A DNA stretch of 64,000 bases from Camelus ferus. Lineage: Eukaryota. Location of the stretch: contig NC_045700.1 of assembly GCF_009834535.1 (NCBI RefSeq), positions 79,670,001-79,734,000 of the forward strand, written 5' to 3'. The notes beneath the pieces were generated by a model. The model did no database searches, was not told the origin of the DNA, and was given only the letters and a program-made list of their open reading frames with translations. Position numbers and translations under genes: made by a program. This document shows, in pieces, positions 1 through 11,757 of the stretch. Within the stretch, counting starts at the first letter, position 1, and the number at the start of each line of letters is the position of its first letter.

Positions 1-203
1 GAACTTTGCCTCCTAGATCTTAGGATCTGCCTTATGTGGAAGACAAGTTCTAGAGTCAGTGGATTGTGAACCAGAGCCTTAGGAGTATCAACAGGTAATG
101 GTGAATTACCCTCAGGTGGCTGCATGAAATCTGTGATTACAAATTTGAGATTAGCTACAACCTTTGGTGCTACCAGCAGTACCTTTCAAAACCATCCTTC
201 CAC

Positions 204-358
204 AGCAGCGTTTCTCAAAGGGTGATCGGTGGACCATCATCTATATCAGAAGGACTTCTGGCACTGCATAAAGTGCAGATTTCTGGTCTGGCTCCGGCAC
301 ATGGAATCAGAATCTCTTGTAAAGATGCTGCAATTTGCATTTTTAGCAAAATCCTAGG
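204..358. mobile_element. MER5-like hAT-Charlie DNA transposon remnant
   Basis: CAGCGTTTCTCAAAG start and the ATGCAGATT...GAATCAGAATCTCT...TTTGCATTTTTAGCAA pattern match the recalled MER5A/B consensus. Confidence 0.7.
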
Positions 359-419
359 GTGGTAGTTTTGTTACTTTCCTTTTCCTTTCTTTTGAACGTC
401 AAGTGCAGAGAGTTGAACT

Positions 420-720
420 TGGTGCTGAGTTTCTAGTCCACCATTTTTTTGTGTGTCTGTGAGACATCACTCTGGGTTTATATAGGTATTTATCCTCATT
501 TTTCTTCTCTCCATGCCTGCCAGGCAAACAACATGATGTGATTGTTCCATACCCTTGAGTTTATTTGCATCCTTGTAATACTTGTAGCCTTGTTTCCTCT
601 GTATTTTAATTTATACAAACTGTATTCTGCTGCACATTTGATTCTCTTATCTTTTTTCTGTTAAGTATTGTATTCAATGCTGTGTGGTTTTTAGATCTCT
701 TGCTTCATGTGATAGGCAGA
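420..720 (-). mobile_element. Degraded old LINE-1 (L1M) 3' fragment
   Basis: T-rich antisense-L1-like text (TGTATTCTGCTGCACATTTG, TTGTATTCAATGCTGTGTGG); highly diverged. Confidence 0.4.
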
Positions 721-769
721 TCCTAAAATGGCTCCAGGGTCTTGGTTTTCATACTTTTGTACAATCACC

Positions 770-1030
770 TCACCTTGAGTGTGAGCTTGACCTACAACCA
801 CCAATATACTTTGCCAGCAAGGAATTGAGGCCTTCAGTCCAATCGTATGAGGAACTGAATCCTGCCAACAGCCTGTGAGGGAGTTTGGAAGCAAATCTTC
901 CCCCCAGTATGTTTAAGCTTTGAGATAACTGATTGGCGCTCTGCATTACACTTGGTTGCCCCCTTGTGAGACACACTGAGCCAAAGGCTGCTAAATTTGG
1001 GGTAATTTGTTGTGCAGCAATAGATAACTG
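770..1030 (+). mobile_element. MaLR solo LTR fragment (MLT1D/E-like)
   Basis: GCCAGCAAGGAATTGAGGCCTTCAGTCCAA...GAGGAACTGAATCCTGCCAACA and end TAATTTGTTGTGCAGCAATAGATAACT, typical of MLT1. Confidence 0.75.
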
Positions 1031-1049
1031 ATCCACTTCTAACAACTAC

Positions 1050-1230
1050 ACAGTACCCATAGCCTGTTTCTACCACATGTACTTGGCTGTTCCCTGCAGA
1101 TAGGCACCTGACTGAATCTAATTCCCACTATTACAAACACCACTGCAGTGAAGACTTTAAGCAAGAGTCCCCTCTGGACCTGTGTGAACAATACCCTGGG
1201 ATGTATATGCACAATGGGACTGTTGGGGAG
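1050..1230 (-). mobile_element. Degraded old LINE-1 3' fragment
   Basis: CCTCTGGACCTGTGTGAACAATACCCTGGGATGTATATGCACAATGGGACTGTTGGG resembles the antisense L1M 3' end. Confidence 0.45.
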
Positions 1231-2065
1231 AAGCACTTAGAACAATACCTCTTAGTTTCTTCAATTCCTAAATTGTTCTAACTAGTTTTATAAGATTTTT
1301 TTCCCCTTAGAATTTTGTTCTAAAGGTGAGTAGCCATTGGGGGAAACAGAGACTCCCCCTGATTAATAGGCATTTTGGACATGAGATGGAGGCCTAGGAG
1401 TGGTCAGGGGTGTTGTGTGGAACATTGTGAAGGGTTAGTGTCCTGTCTTGAAAAATATACTCAGGTATGTCACTTCCTCTGTGACCCAGCCTGACTGATC
1501 CATGCTGGGCTTCAGACATGAGGAGCAGGGACCAGAGGAGGGAGGAGCTTGCTCAAAGCTGAGTGGACACATTTATAATCATTAAAACAATGTTTCTCTG
1601 TTTGGATTTAGGAAATGGCCTCAAGTTCCTGGAAATGTGTGCAGAGACCCCATGGCCATGAAAAGATCTGTCATTTTATTCTTTCCAGTAGGCTGAAATA
1701 TATTTGGAAGTCACTGGGCTGTGGCTGTCCTACATCAAAAGGCATTTCATAACAAAACACCATCATGCCCCATTTATAGAAAAAGCATGCTGTGCTTTGG
1801 CTGCTGTGGGCAAATAAAATATGTTCATGTAACATAAACAGCCTCACCTTCCCTCTAAAACTAAAGAGCCATAAAAGATGTATTTAAATAGGCTTTTGAA
1901 ACTATAGAGACACATATAAAACTATGTTAAATATATACATATATATGTATGGGTAGACAGATAGCACACACAAGTGATACTCTCATAAATGAGGACTTGG
2001 AAATCTAATAGATGATATCCAAGGAGAGAATGCCAGAGCCCAGAAGGACAGTAAAAATCTTCTAG

Positions 2066-2190
2066 TCCACACACCTCATTTTACAAAAGAAGAAACTGAG
2101 GCCCAGAAGAAATGACATGTCTCAGGATTATGGCATGCCAGGGGCAGTGTGTAACATAGAACCTAAGCCTCCAATTCCTGGGCAGTGCCA
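2066..2190 (-). mobile_element. MIR SINE
   Basis: CORE motif CATTTTACAAAAGAAGAAACTGAGGCCCAGA. Confidence 0.8.
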
Positions 2191-2309
2191 TTCCAGATAC
2201 TCATAATTGGCATCAATTTAAATGGTTTGCAAAATGGAAATGATTTATTTCCTTATCTCTCTTGGGTTTACTAATGGTGGAATTTCATACAAATGAATAG
2301 TGCTCAGGC

Positions 2310-2812
2310 TGGTAGAGCAAGTGATGATCTTAATACATGTCCACAAATTCTTGACATTTCTTCCTTCAAGAGTTTTGTGCTTTAATCTCCTCCCATTAAG
2401 AGTGACCTGGACTTAGTAACTCACTCCCAAAGATTAGAGTATGGAAGAAATGGTAGTGTGTGGCTTCTGAGACTGGGTTATAAAAGACATTACAACTTCC
2501 TCCTCGGTCTCTCTCTTTACCATTTTCTCTGGGGGCCATCAGCTGACCCTTCATCTCTACATGATGAGGAACCGAGGTCTCCAGTCCTGAGCTTTGTGAG
2601 TGCACTATCTTAGAAACAGATCTTCCCATCCCCTGTCAAGCCTTCAGATGACCGCAGCCCCAACTTGACTGAAACTTTATAAAGGACAGCAAGCCAGAAC
2701 CACCCAGCCAAGCCACTCTCAAATTCCTGACGCATAGAAATTCAGATAAAAGTCTACTGTTTTAAGCCACTAAGTTTTGGAGGGATTTGTGATGCAACAA
2801 TAGATAGCTAGT
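2310..2812 (+). mobile_element. MaLR solo LTR (MLT1F-like)
   Basis: CAAGCCTTCAGATGACCGCAGCCCC...CCACCCAGCCAAGCCACTCTCAAATTCCTGAC...TGTTTTAAGCCACTAAGTTTTGG...CAATAGATAGCTA. Confidence 0.85.
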
Positions 2813-3769
2813 AGAGAGTATTAACCTGCTTCCCTTAATTTACCATCATGAAAGCAGTTATATACTTATTAAAAGGTAAAACTAACCTTTTGAAAAATAT
2901 TCTTTCTACCAAGGCATTAGCAATTGAAGTTCAACACTAGAATAGAAGAGAGAGTGCTTCCTGGCTTCCCATGACTGCCTGTGTCTGGTCTGCAGCTTGG
3001 TAAGCCTGGGTTACTTCACCAGAACACCCTACATGAGACTGACAAATGGGGAAATGTGTCCGTTTTCAAGGCTTGACTCTGGAGCCTTTGAGGAAAGAGT
3101 CTATTATTTCGACCATATTAAAAGAGGCATGAAGGCTGGTTTCTAATTCTAAATCTGCCCTGATCTGAATGTATCATGTTGGCAAAGTCCTTTTCTCTGA
3201 CCTCTTTAAGTAAAGGATTAATTATAAAAGGTTCTTCCTTGCTCTCTCATAATGCCAGTCAGTGCATTATTAAGAGACCCAACTAGCAGCCGGTCAATGT
3301 ACCAGAATTTGAACACAGCTTGACTAGCCTCCAAGCCTCATGTTCTTCCTCTGGGATTGCTTTGTCTTCTAACTTCCTTCATAAAACACAGAGCTGAAGA
3401 CATTGGACATAACTGTATGACTAATGGACTATTTCCTCTGCTTCACCAGTGTTTACAGTCTGGTCCCTCTTCATCTCCTGCCTTGCTGTCCCTTGGCTCT
3501 GTGTACTGAGTCCTCTCCACATTGGCTCATCAGTGACATTAAATAGAAAAAAAAAAAAAAAACCTACCAAGCAAACATAGTTCTGGCAGAAACTCACCTG
3601 TGGACTATGGAAAGATGATGTTATTCAAGAAGACTGAACCTTGAGTCAGATGCCTGGAAGTACACTGGCTTGCCTTTGCACTCACTGGCTTTGTAGTCTC
3701 AGACAAGTTACCTCACCTATCTCAAATGCAGCTCCTCCTTCTTTAAGAAAAAATTAAATAATAGTAATT

Positions 3770-3950
3770 ACAATAGTCAACATTTATTGACCACATTCTA
3801 AGTACTAGGTTACATAAGTTGCACGCATTGCCTTTAATGTAACCTAGTAGGAATTATTATTATCTATACATTACAGATGAGGAAACTAAGGCTCAGAGTT
3901 TCTAAGTGGTAGAGGCCTGGATTCAAATCCCAGCTCTTAACTATCAGAGT
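3770..3950 (-). mobile_element. MIR SINE
   Basis: CATTTATTGA start, TTACAGATGAGGAAACTAAGGCTCAGAG core, GGATTCAAATCCCAG. Confidence 0.8.
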
Positions 3951-4372
3951 CAGTAATTCTGAATCTGTCTCAGCTTGAATTAAAACAGTCTAGGTGCTAG
4001 GATTTAGAAAATTTGACACAAGTGGAAGAATGATGTAGTGGGTTTGCCAGGTATTTATTTATACAAGGAACCATGGAATGAGGTTAGTATCAGGGCACAT
4101 GTGTTTGCTTCCAGGGCATGTATTGCCATTTCTAGAAAAAAGGAAAGATTCTCTTTTCTTGATGCCGGTCACTGTGATGGTGTGGGGCCAGTGAAATAGC
4201 AAAGCAAAAACAAAAGAGCTGGGCTACTAGCATGCAGGGCATCAGCAGAATTGATGCCAGTATCTTCGGTAGTAGCTGGTGAGGTTGTCCCACCATAGAC
4301 GCTAATGACCTTGACATTAGACATGGGCAGGAATTGAATATCTTCAGCAGACATTAGTGACAGTATTTCAGA

Positions 4373-4419
4373 AACAATGAGTCATTACCCTAAATGAGCC
4401 AGGGTGGGAGTATATAAAA
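4373..4419 (+). promoter_or_regulatory. Candidate TATA promoter (SOX/AP-1, KLF/Sp, TATA motifs)
   Basis: AACAAT 4373-78 overlapping ATGAGTCAT 4377-85, GGGTGGG 4402-08, TATATAAAA 4411-19; motif evidence only. Confidence 0.3.
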
Positions 4420-6589
4420 TCACCAGATATCACACAGTAGCCCAAAGGACCAGCTTGCAGAGTACGTAATGAACACTCTATGCTCTGAGGCTACTGATGA
4501 GATACCAAGGGAGACAGGAACCCAGGACTACTTGGAAGAAATTTGAGAGGAAGTCTAAATTTTCTACAGAACACAAGTGTAGTTTCCTGGAGAAGTTCTG
4601 TATTTGCCATTGGGACCCTATTTTTATCCTCAGGCTTGGGTGGTCTGAAAAATGTAGGTTGCTGATGAAATGAAAGGATGCTGCTCCACAAGGCTCTATG
4701 TGGGTCCCTTGACTTTGCCTTATGATTCCCAGAATGTCAAATGTGAATGACAAAATCACCAGGGCTAGCAGATGACTGTACTGGCCCACTGGTGAGTCTT
4801 TAAGGGATTTCTGATGCTAAATTGTCACCCTCAGGAATAACTGGTGTTGAATTATGGTTATCCCTAATTTAGTGGGCCCCAGTGCTACTTGGAGAGGAAA
4901 GTGAATAATTTCTCTAACTGGCCACAGTTCTCTCCAGGGAAAGACGTCTGATCTGAAGCAAAGAGCCTTTGTTCCCCCGCTGACAGCTAGAAAGCCCAGC
5001 TTCTCTGGGGGGGTGGGGTTTGCAGCTATGTTATTGAGGTGAGTGCCAGTAGGGGAGAGGAGTGGGGGAAACTGAGGTGAGGACCACATTCCTCCTACCA
5101 GGAAAAGGGAGCTGGCTTCCTTGGGAGACCCGCTTTCTGCTGGGAAAGGGCTGGGTGAACCATTTAACCCCAACTTTCACTTGGAAATGATAAGCTTCTC
5201 CACCCCAGAGGAAGGACAGGGGAGTCAAGGAGGGAAAGAGCTGCAGGGCACTTTCCTCCCCTTCCTTCTCAAGCAGAAAGAAAAGCTGTCTTCAATTAGG
5301 GCAGGAAAGGAGATTCAAAACATCTGGCGGGAAAGGGGCTCATACTGAAGGGCTTTGTGGAGGGTAGAGCAAGATGAAGAAGGGCAGATGGGTGGACAGT
5401 GGAGGCTTCTGAACAACCTGTTTGCCTGACCTGACCTGCCTGCCAGTGTCCTCCAAGTCCATCACCACTTTTTCCCCTTCACCTCTTGCCTTGACTCCTT
5501 GTCATGCTGAGGCCTTTGGCTGCCTCCTGCCCAAGACTAAAAGGAGCAATAAGAGCAGCCCAACCCAGGCAGCACAGCCCACAACTTTCTGGGGGTCCAC
5601 AGGTAATTTGTGCAATAGCATAGACCACCCACTGAGTGGGTGCACAGAGTTCACAAGCTCTAGCATTCAGGCAGCTAATCAGCTTGGCTTTGCCTGTGGA
5701 GAGCCTCCTCTTTAATCTCAAGTTTGCCAAGCTACCTTACCTCCCCCACTACTTTAAAACACTCCCAGGCTCCCACTTCCTCTAAGAAGCCTTCTCGGAT
5801 TATCTCTGCAGAAACTGCATATTCCTCACCCCCAACCACATACAAAATGTCAGTGCTGTGAATTTGCTGTTCTTTTGCTGTTGCTTCCATCGACTTTGGA
5901 CCTCCCGCCTTTCCTAGCCAGGCAGAGCTGTTGGCTGAGAGACATTGGGGTTGCAGATAGGGTTATGGCTAATTCCCTGAAAATCAACCTTCTATCCCTA
6001 AGACCCCAGGTTTGGAGTCACAAGGCACCAAAGCCTTAAGGCCCCTTAAAGATTACCTACTGAGTAGGATTTACTACATTCCCCAAGAGGTCATTGCCCA
6101 GGCAAACTTTGATCAGGATTCCCCTGGGGACTGGATAGAGTGGGTCTGGAAATGAGGCCAGGCAAGGTCCTTTCCATTTTCCCAATTACTGACAGAGCAG
6201 AGCAGTAAGTTGGGCAGGAGCTGGGCATCCCCAGGAATCATGCAAATGTGGGCCCAGTGTCTGTTTTCCATCAGCATCTTTCATTGAAACGTGGTGGTCC
6301 CTTCTGGGTTTTCATTTTGCATTGAGCATCCAGACCCTAAAGAGTCCTTTGTCTCATGAAGAGTGAATTTTCCATCCCACTTCAAGCCACAAAGTCATGT
6401 GCCATGTCCCAAAGGAGCAGCCATTCAAAGGCATATGCCAAAGAGTCATCTCTGCTCTATGGGCAACTATGGCTTCCAAGGGTTACTGCCATCATGGCAG
6501 TAATTAGTTGATTATAACTTTTAAACCTCAGTTGGTTTGTGTACAGGAATATAAATTACTGTCAAGTTATAGCACCAGTGACTTTTAGA

Positions 6590-6720
6590 GGTAAAAGGGA
6601 TTTTAAACGTCGAGATCAATTTCTGTTTAATGCATAAAGAAACTGAGGTCTAGAGAAATTACACAACTTGACCAAGGTCACACAACCAACTAGGACACCC
6701 AGGTTCTAGAACTTCCTCTG
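6590..6720 (-). mobile_element. MIR SINE
   Basis: AAAGAAACTGAGGTCTAGAGA...ACTTGACCAAGGTCACACA core. Confidence 0.75.
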
Positions 6721-7765
6721 CAACGACCCTGACCTGTGCTTTTTCCATGATATTTAAGGTCAGAGTAAGACACTAAGAAACCCTAGGCATGAAAAATAAA
6801 CTAACATGACATTCAAAAGAACACTCAATTTAAAAGATAAGACTTAGAAGTTTTACTGAAGTAAAAATGGGTTTTTCTCCTTTGATACTTTGATTGCAAA
6901 ATTCTGCAGAAGGTCATTAGAAATGAACTTTTATATTTTCTGTCTATTTCCTGCCTTCCTGGTACCTCTAGCACATGTTCAGCTTCCCCAATTGGCAGAA
7001 TATGCCTCTTAGGCTGGTGAAAATTGATGCTAATTGCAGGAAGGATTAAGTAGCCAGGGAGCCCAGGGAATTTCTAGTCTAGTGACTTTTTGAGAAGTAA
7101 GGGATTGGAACTCTGAAGTCACTGCGTTGGCCTGACCTTTTTGTACAGAGAGCCAGGAATTAGAGTGCCTGCTTGAGCTCACCTTTCAGCAACCTCCTGA
7201 TCCAAGCAGGCTCCCCAGAGTTACATCTGGGGCCCAGCTGAGCTCCGAAGCTGGAAGAGTTTATCACACCCATCCTCCTCCGGTTGCTAGAGGTGTCAGG
7301 GGAGGGATGCTCAGCAAGGCGACAGAAGGACCCTCCTCCTCTTGGGTTACCCTCTGAGATGAGGAACATACAGAGAGCAAGGCTGAGGGATCCCTGGGCC
7401 AGAAAGCTTTGCTGCTCATCTATCTCTTTAGGATTTAAGAGGCCATTCTGACACTGCCACCCTGTGATCCCACTGGAAAGAAGGTCCATTGAGAACAGGG
7501 ATGGTTCTATCTTGTTTTACTGCCTAGCACAATGCCTGGCACAAGTGGGAATTCAACACTTATTTGCTAAATGAATATAATAATGGAGGAATTATGCCTC
7601 ATGGGGCCCAGTCTTCCCAGCAATGCTCCGTGCTCTGGATCCATCAGACTTCCTTCTTCTACCTCCCACCCCACTTAACATAATCTAACCCTCCCTTTTC
7701 ATACCACTTGGGAGAGCATGTCTGAGATCGGGGTGACTATGCACAGCACTGCACTAACTCCCAGG

Positions 7766-8150
7766 TGTATGAGTCTCCCCAGGCTGTCAAAACAGAATAC
7801 TACAGACTAGGTGACTTAAACAACAGAAAGTTACTTTCTCGTAGTTCTGGAGGTTGGAAGTCCAAGACAAAGGTGCCAGCAGGGTTAGGGTCTGGTGACA
7901 GCTCTCTCCTTAGCTTGTCAATGGCCGCATTTTTCACTGTGTCCTCACATGGTCTTTCCTCTGTGAGCATGGAGAGAGACAAAGAGAGAGATCTGGTGTC
8001 TCTTCCTCTTCTTATAAGGGCACAAGTCCCATCAAATCAAGGCCCCACCCTCATGACCTCATTTAACCTCATTACCTCCTTAAGGGACCTATCTCCAAAT
8101 ACAGTCACACTGGGCATGAGAGCTCTGACTTATTTTGAATGAATCTGGCA
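7766..8150 (-). mobile_element. MaLR solo LTR (MLT1A0/MLT1B-like)
   Basis: TGTATGAGTC start; GGTGACTTAAACAACAGAAA, TTCTGGAGGTTGGAAGTCCAAGA, CTTCTTATAAGGGCAC, CCCACCCTCATGACCTCATTTAACC are antisense MLT1A hallmarks. Confidence 0.9.
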
Positions 8151-8825
8151 CGTGGTTTAGTTCACAAGAACAGACAAGAAGAGTGCTGCTCTGGGCCGCA
8201 TGCTTTACAGGCACCACTGTAGCCCTCCTCAGGTTGAACCTCTCCCCAGAGCATGAAGAATCTGCAAGATCAGGGGAACATGCCAGAGCTGGTACTCTCC
8301 CTTCTAGATCATGTTCTGGGTACTTGGGACTCCAGAATTCCCTTCCCAAAGGAAGGCCATGTTTCTCATTCAGTGGGTAGCCAAGGGGGAAGCTACTTCT
8401 AGGAACAGGAACAGAGCTTGGAACTGTGAGCTGGGGTGTCTACACATGTGCCTGCAAGGTGTAAGAAGTTACCTGGGCAGGAAACAAAAAGGAGGTGATC
8501 CAGGGACCAGGGGCTGGGGCTGAGGGCCAGCTCACCACAAGCTCCCATGTTGTCGCAAGGTCCTCTGAGGACCTCTGAAATTTCTAAATGAACTTGACTT
8601 TTCAGTGTCAGTGTTGCTTGGAGAATTTGAAAGGCCTATGCTGGTGTAGCTGGTGGGTGAGGTTAGGATACCTTGTAGACACAGTTTTCCCAGCTTGGAC
8701 TAAGTGGGCTAAGTAAACAGCTTGAGGCCACTGCAGGCACCTGGCTGGTGGGATTGGAGACAGGCAGTAAGGAAGTGGTCATCAAAGCCTCTGATAGAGG
8801 ATGAAAGATTCCCCTGCTCCTGCAC

Positions 8826-8858
8826 CCACCATACACACCACATACACACACACACACA
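8826..8858. repeat. Imperfect (CA)n microsatellite
   Basis: CCACCATACACACCACATACACACACACACACA read directly. Confidence 0.8.
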
Positions 8859-9081
8859 GAAGAGAATATAAGTATGATCCACAATTGGACTTCTCAACTA
8901 ATTGGAAAAAGGAGGCCAGGGGATGACCATGGGTGTTTTCTTTAGAGAGACTTATTCTTCAAAGCAGGAGGGTAGTACACATTTACTTAGTACTTTCTTA
9001 GCTTTCTGTATAGCTTTTCAATATTTAGATGGGTTATGTGGGCCTCTATTTTTACTCTTCCCCAGGATATCACAATTATTA

Positions 9082-9215
9082 CAGGTGGATCCAACCTTAC
9101 ATCCTGGTTTGCCCTGGGACAGTCATAGCTCATGACTGTGTCCCTTGATATTATTAATACCACCACACTTTCATTCTCAGAAGTGTCCTGGTTTGGGACA
9201 ATAAATGGAAATGTG
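9082..9215. mobile_element. MER81-like hAT-Blackjack MITE
   Basis: ATCCTGGTTTGCCCTGGGACAGTC...ATTATTAATA...TTTCATTCTCAGAAGTGTCCTGGTTTGG matches the recalled MER81 consensus. Confidence 0.7.
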
Positions 9216-10571
9216 AAATTAAGTAATTTTTTCACCTATTTTAAAGGTGGGAAATATTCTATTGTTTGGAAGACTGCAGGGAAAAGGCTCCACGGTTCAC
9301 CCTGGCTACACATTACAACTTCTGGGAGGATGTGAGACTATTCTGTGTTGTGATGCACCTTAGCAAGAGAGCTCCACCTGAATCCTTCTTGTGAGTGCCT
9401 CCGGGTGAGCTCATGTCCATTCACTAGCTGATGGGGAAGGAGGTATGTCTTACCATCATAACCTCAGGATGACAGGGATGGATGGCATTGCAGACATCAT
9501 CTGGTCAAAACTTTATTTTACAGTGACAGGAATGACATGTGCAATATCATACAGTCCATTATGGCAAAGCCCCGGCCAGACCCCACCTCTTCCAAGTCTT
9601 ATCAGGAGTTCTTATGATGCCTGACTTCACTTGGAATCCAGCATTTCCCTTCAGTAAAAGCATCTGAATTTCACTGAAACAAGCATCCTACTGATCTAAA
9701 AGAGTGAGAGCTACCCAGTAGGGATTAAGTTTGCCCTCCTTGAAAGAGGTTATTAACTTTATAGGAGACCTAGAGTCAGAACCTCTCTGCTGTGTGACTT
9801 GGGAAAGCCACAGAAGGTAAGATGTTGGAGTGTTAATAAAAATCAGAGTTGTAACCTGCCTTTCTCACAGAGGAGGCAACAATGTCAAGTAAGCTAACGT
9901 AAGTGCATCTGAAAATTTGACCAATCATGGCAATGATAGCGAGGCCTTTTATTTGCAACTTCCATTTGTTTTTCATTAAACGATTATACCTCGGTGGTGC
10001 TAGAAGCCAAACAGTGGACAAGTCTGCTCTCTTTGATTTCACTTCTCCCATTCTTGGATGACCATAAACCACAAATAACGATATTCCTACCTTGCCTTTT
10101 CATACCTGCCCTCTCCCTACCTGCTTTCTCCTTGCTGTTTCTCTCTCCAGCATCTTCTCCCCTTTGGGACCTTGTGCAAACCACTTCCCCTCCCTGGGCC
10201 TCAATATCCTTATTTGTATAATGAAGGGACTACACTGGTGAGTTCTTTTCCAATCCTGAGATTCCATGGTGACCTTACCATTTCTACATTATATTCTTTC
10301 ATTCCCAGTGATTCAAGGATTGTAGTCATAACGGGTTAGGAGCTTGACAGTTTCCTCCTTGCAGAGATGGCTAGAACAGTGCACCTTAGAACAAAGTACG
10401 GTAGCCCCTCTCATCCATTCTGGCCAGGCTACCTCTGAAGTACTGGGATCAGTTCAGTCTCCTTACTTGAAGAGCAGCATTGTCCCATAAAAGAAATCTG
10501 GGGAAGAGGAATATCAGGGACTCCAAATTATACCACTGCCCCACCAGTCGTTCAAATACAGCTGAACTGGT

Positions 10572-11116
10572 TGTTAAATTTGAAATTCTTCCTTACGTAC
10601 TGGTCAATACTCACTGTCCCAAGGATCCAGAGTGACACCCTGTTCTGATCACTTATGAGGGAGAGATTCCATGCCCCCTAATAGTAAGAGATGGCTGAAC
10701 ATGTAACACCAACACTGGGAAGATGAGGCTGACAGTAGTTTATTAGTCTCATATTCTCACATCCCAGGGGAAGAGGACACTTGCCTTGCAGGACCACTTG
10801 GGAGTTGTACTTGGGAACAGAGTGAAAAACCAGAGTTGTGCAGGGCAGACTTTGTAGTAACAAAAGGATGAGCTGCCCTCCTGGTTCTCATGGGAGGTTG
10901 CAATTGATTTGCTTGAATACTTTTGTGAACTGGCAGGGAACTAAAGCCCATCAGATTGAGGACGGGGCAGAATGTAGTTGGTTCAGCTGATAGAGGAACT
11001 AGCCTGGTGGGGAGCCTTTCCTGCTGAGTATGGAGCATATCACAGTTAGGCCTTTGGTGCCCTGTGAGGCTCGAAGATGTCGAGGCAGCACGTGGAATTT
11101 TAGGCTTCACAATACA
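10572..11116 (-). mobile_element. ERVL-class solo LTR (LTR40-like)
   Basis: TG...CA ends; GCCCCCTAATAGTAAGAGATGGCTGAACA, AGTTTATTAGTC, GGGAACAGAGTGAAAAACCAG, AATTTTAGGCTTCACAATACA resemble recalled LTR40; no TSD recognised. Confidence 0.6.
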
Positions 11117-11555
11117 CACTCCCTCTCACCTCCCAGCCCCCAATGAGTTTGACCTCTCTGTGATCCAGGAACGAAAGCACAAATGCCTGGTCTGAGAGGA
11201 ATCTCTAGTCCCTGATAAAGGCTCTTTGATGTCCTTCTCCTCTGGGCAGTGCCCGTGCCTTACCGGTTGTTATGTGTTTTGAATATCATCCCACAACACT
11301 AAAATACAGTAGAACACTTTGACTCAGCACTGTGTTCTCTCTTCTCTTTGCCCAAGCCTTCCAGGATGTCTGTTCTTCCTGCTCATTGTACAGCGGGATT
11401 GGCATGAAGCCAATCCCTCCCTCCCTCCTTCCATATTCAAAATATGATTCCATCCATTTCGAACTAGAAAGAAGAATGATCAAATACAGACAGAGATGTT
11501 AGTTACAATTTCCAGGGACGCTTGTATTTTGAGAATAGGTTGATTTAATTTACAG

Positions 11556-11757
11556 GAGGGGTTGGCAAACCGTGGCCCAAAGGCCAAACCCAGCTCACAC
11601 CTGTTTATTTACAGCCCTCAAGCAAAGCACAGTGTTTACATTTTTAAATGGTTGGAAAAAAGAAAACAAAGAATATGTGACAGAGACCATAAGTGGCATG
11701 TGAAGCCTAAAATATTTATTATCTGGCCCTTAATTTAAATAAGTTTTCCGGCCTCTG
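11556..11757 (+). mobile_element. MER58-family hAT-Charlie MITE
   Basis: TIR-like ends GAGGGGTTGGCAAAC / GTTTTCCGGCCTCTG, internal AAGCCTAAAATATTTATTATCTGGCCCTT; 8-bp flanks ATTTACAG / AATTAAAG (6/8). Confidence 0.85.

Noticed and set aside
4169-4354. Minus ORF ending ...SADALHASSPALLFLLCYFTGPTPSQ, resembling a GPI-anchor signal
   Set aside because: An in-frame stop lies shortly upstream, there is no good acceptor at its start, and it matches no GPI-anchored protein I know.
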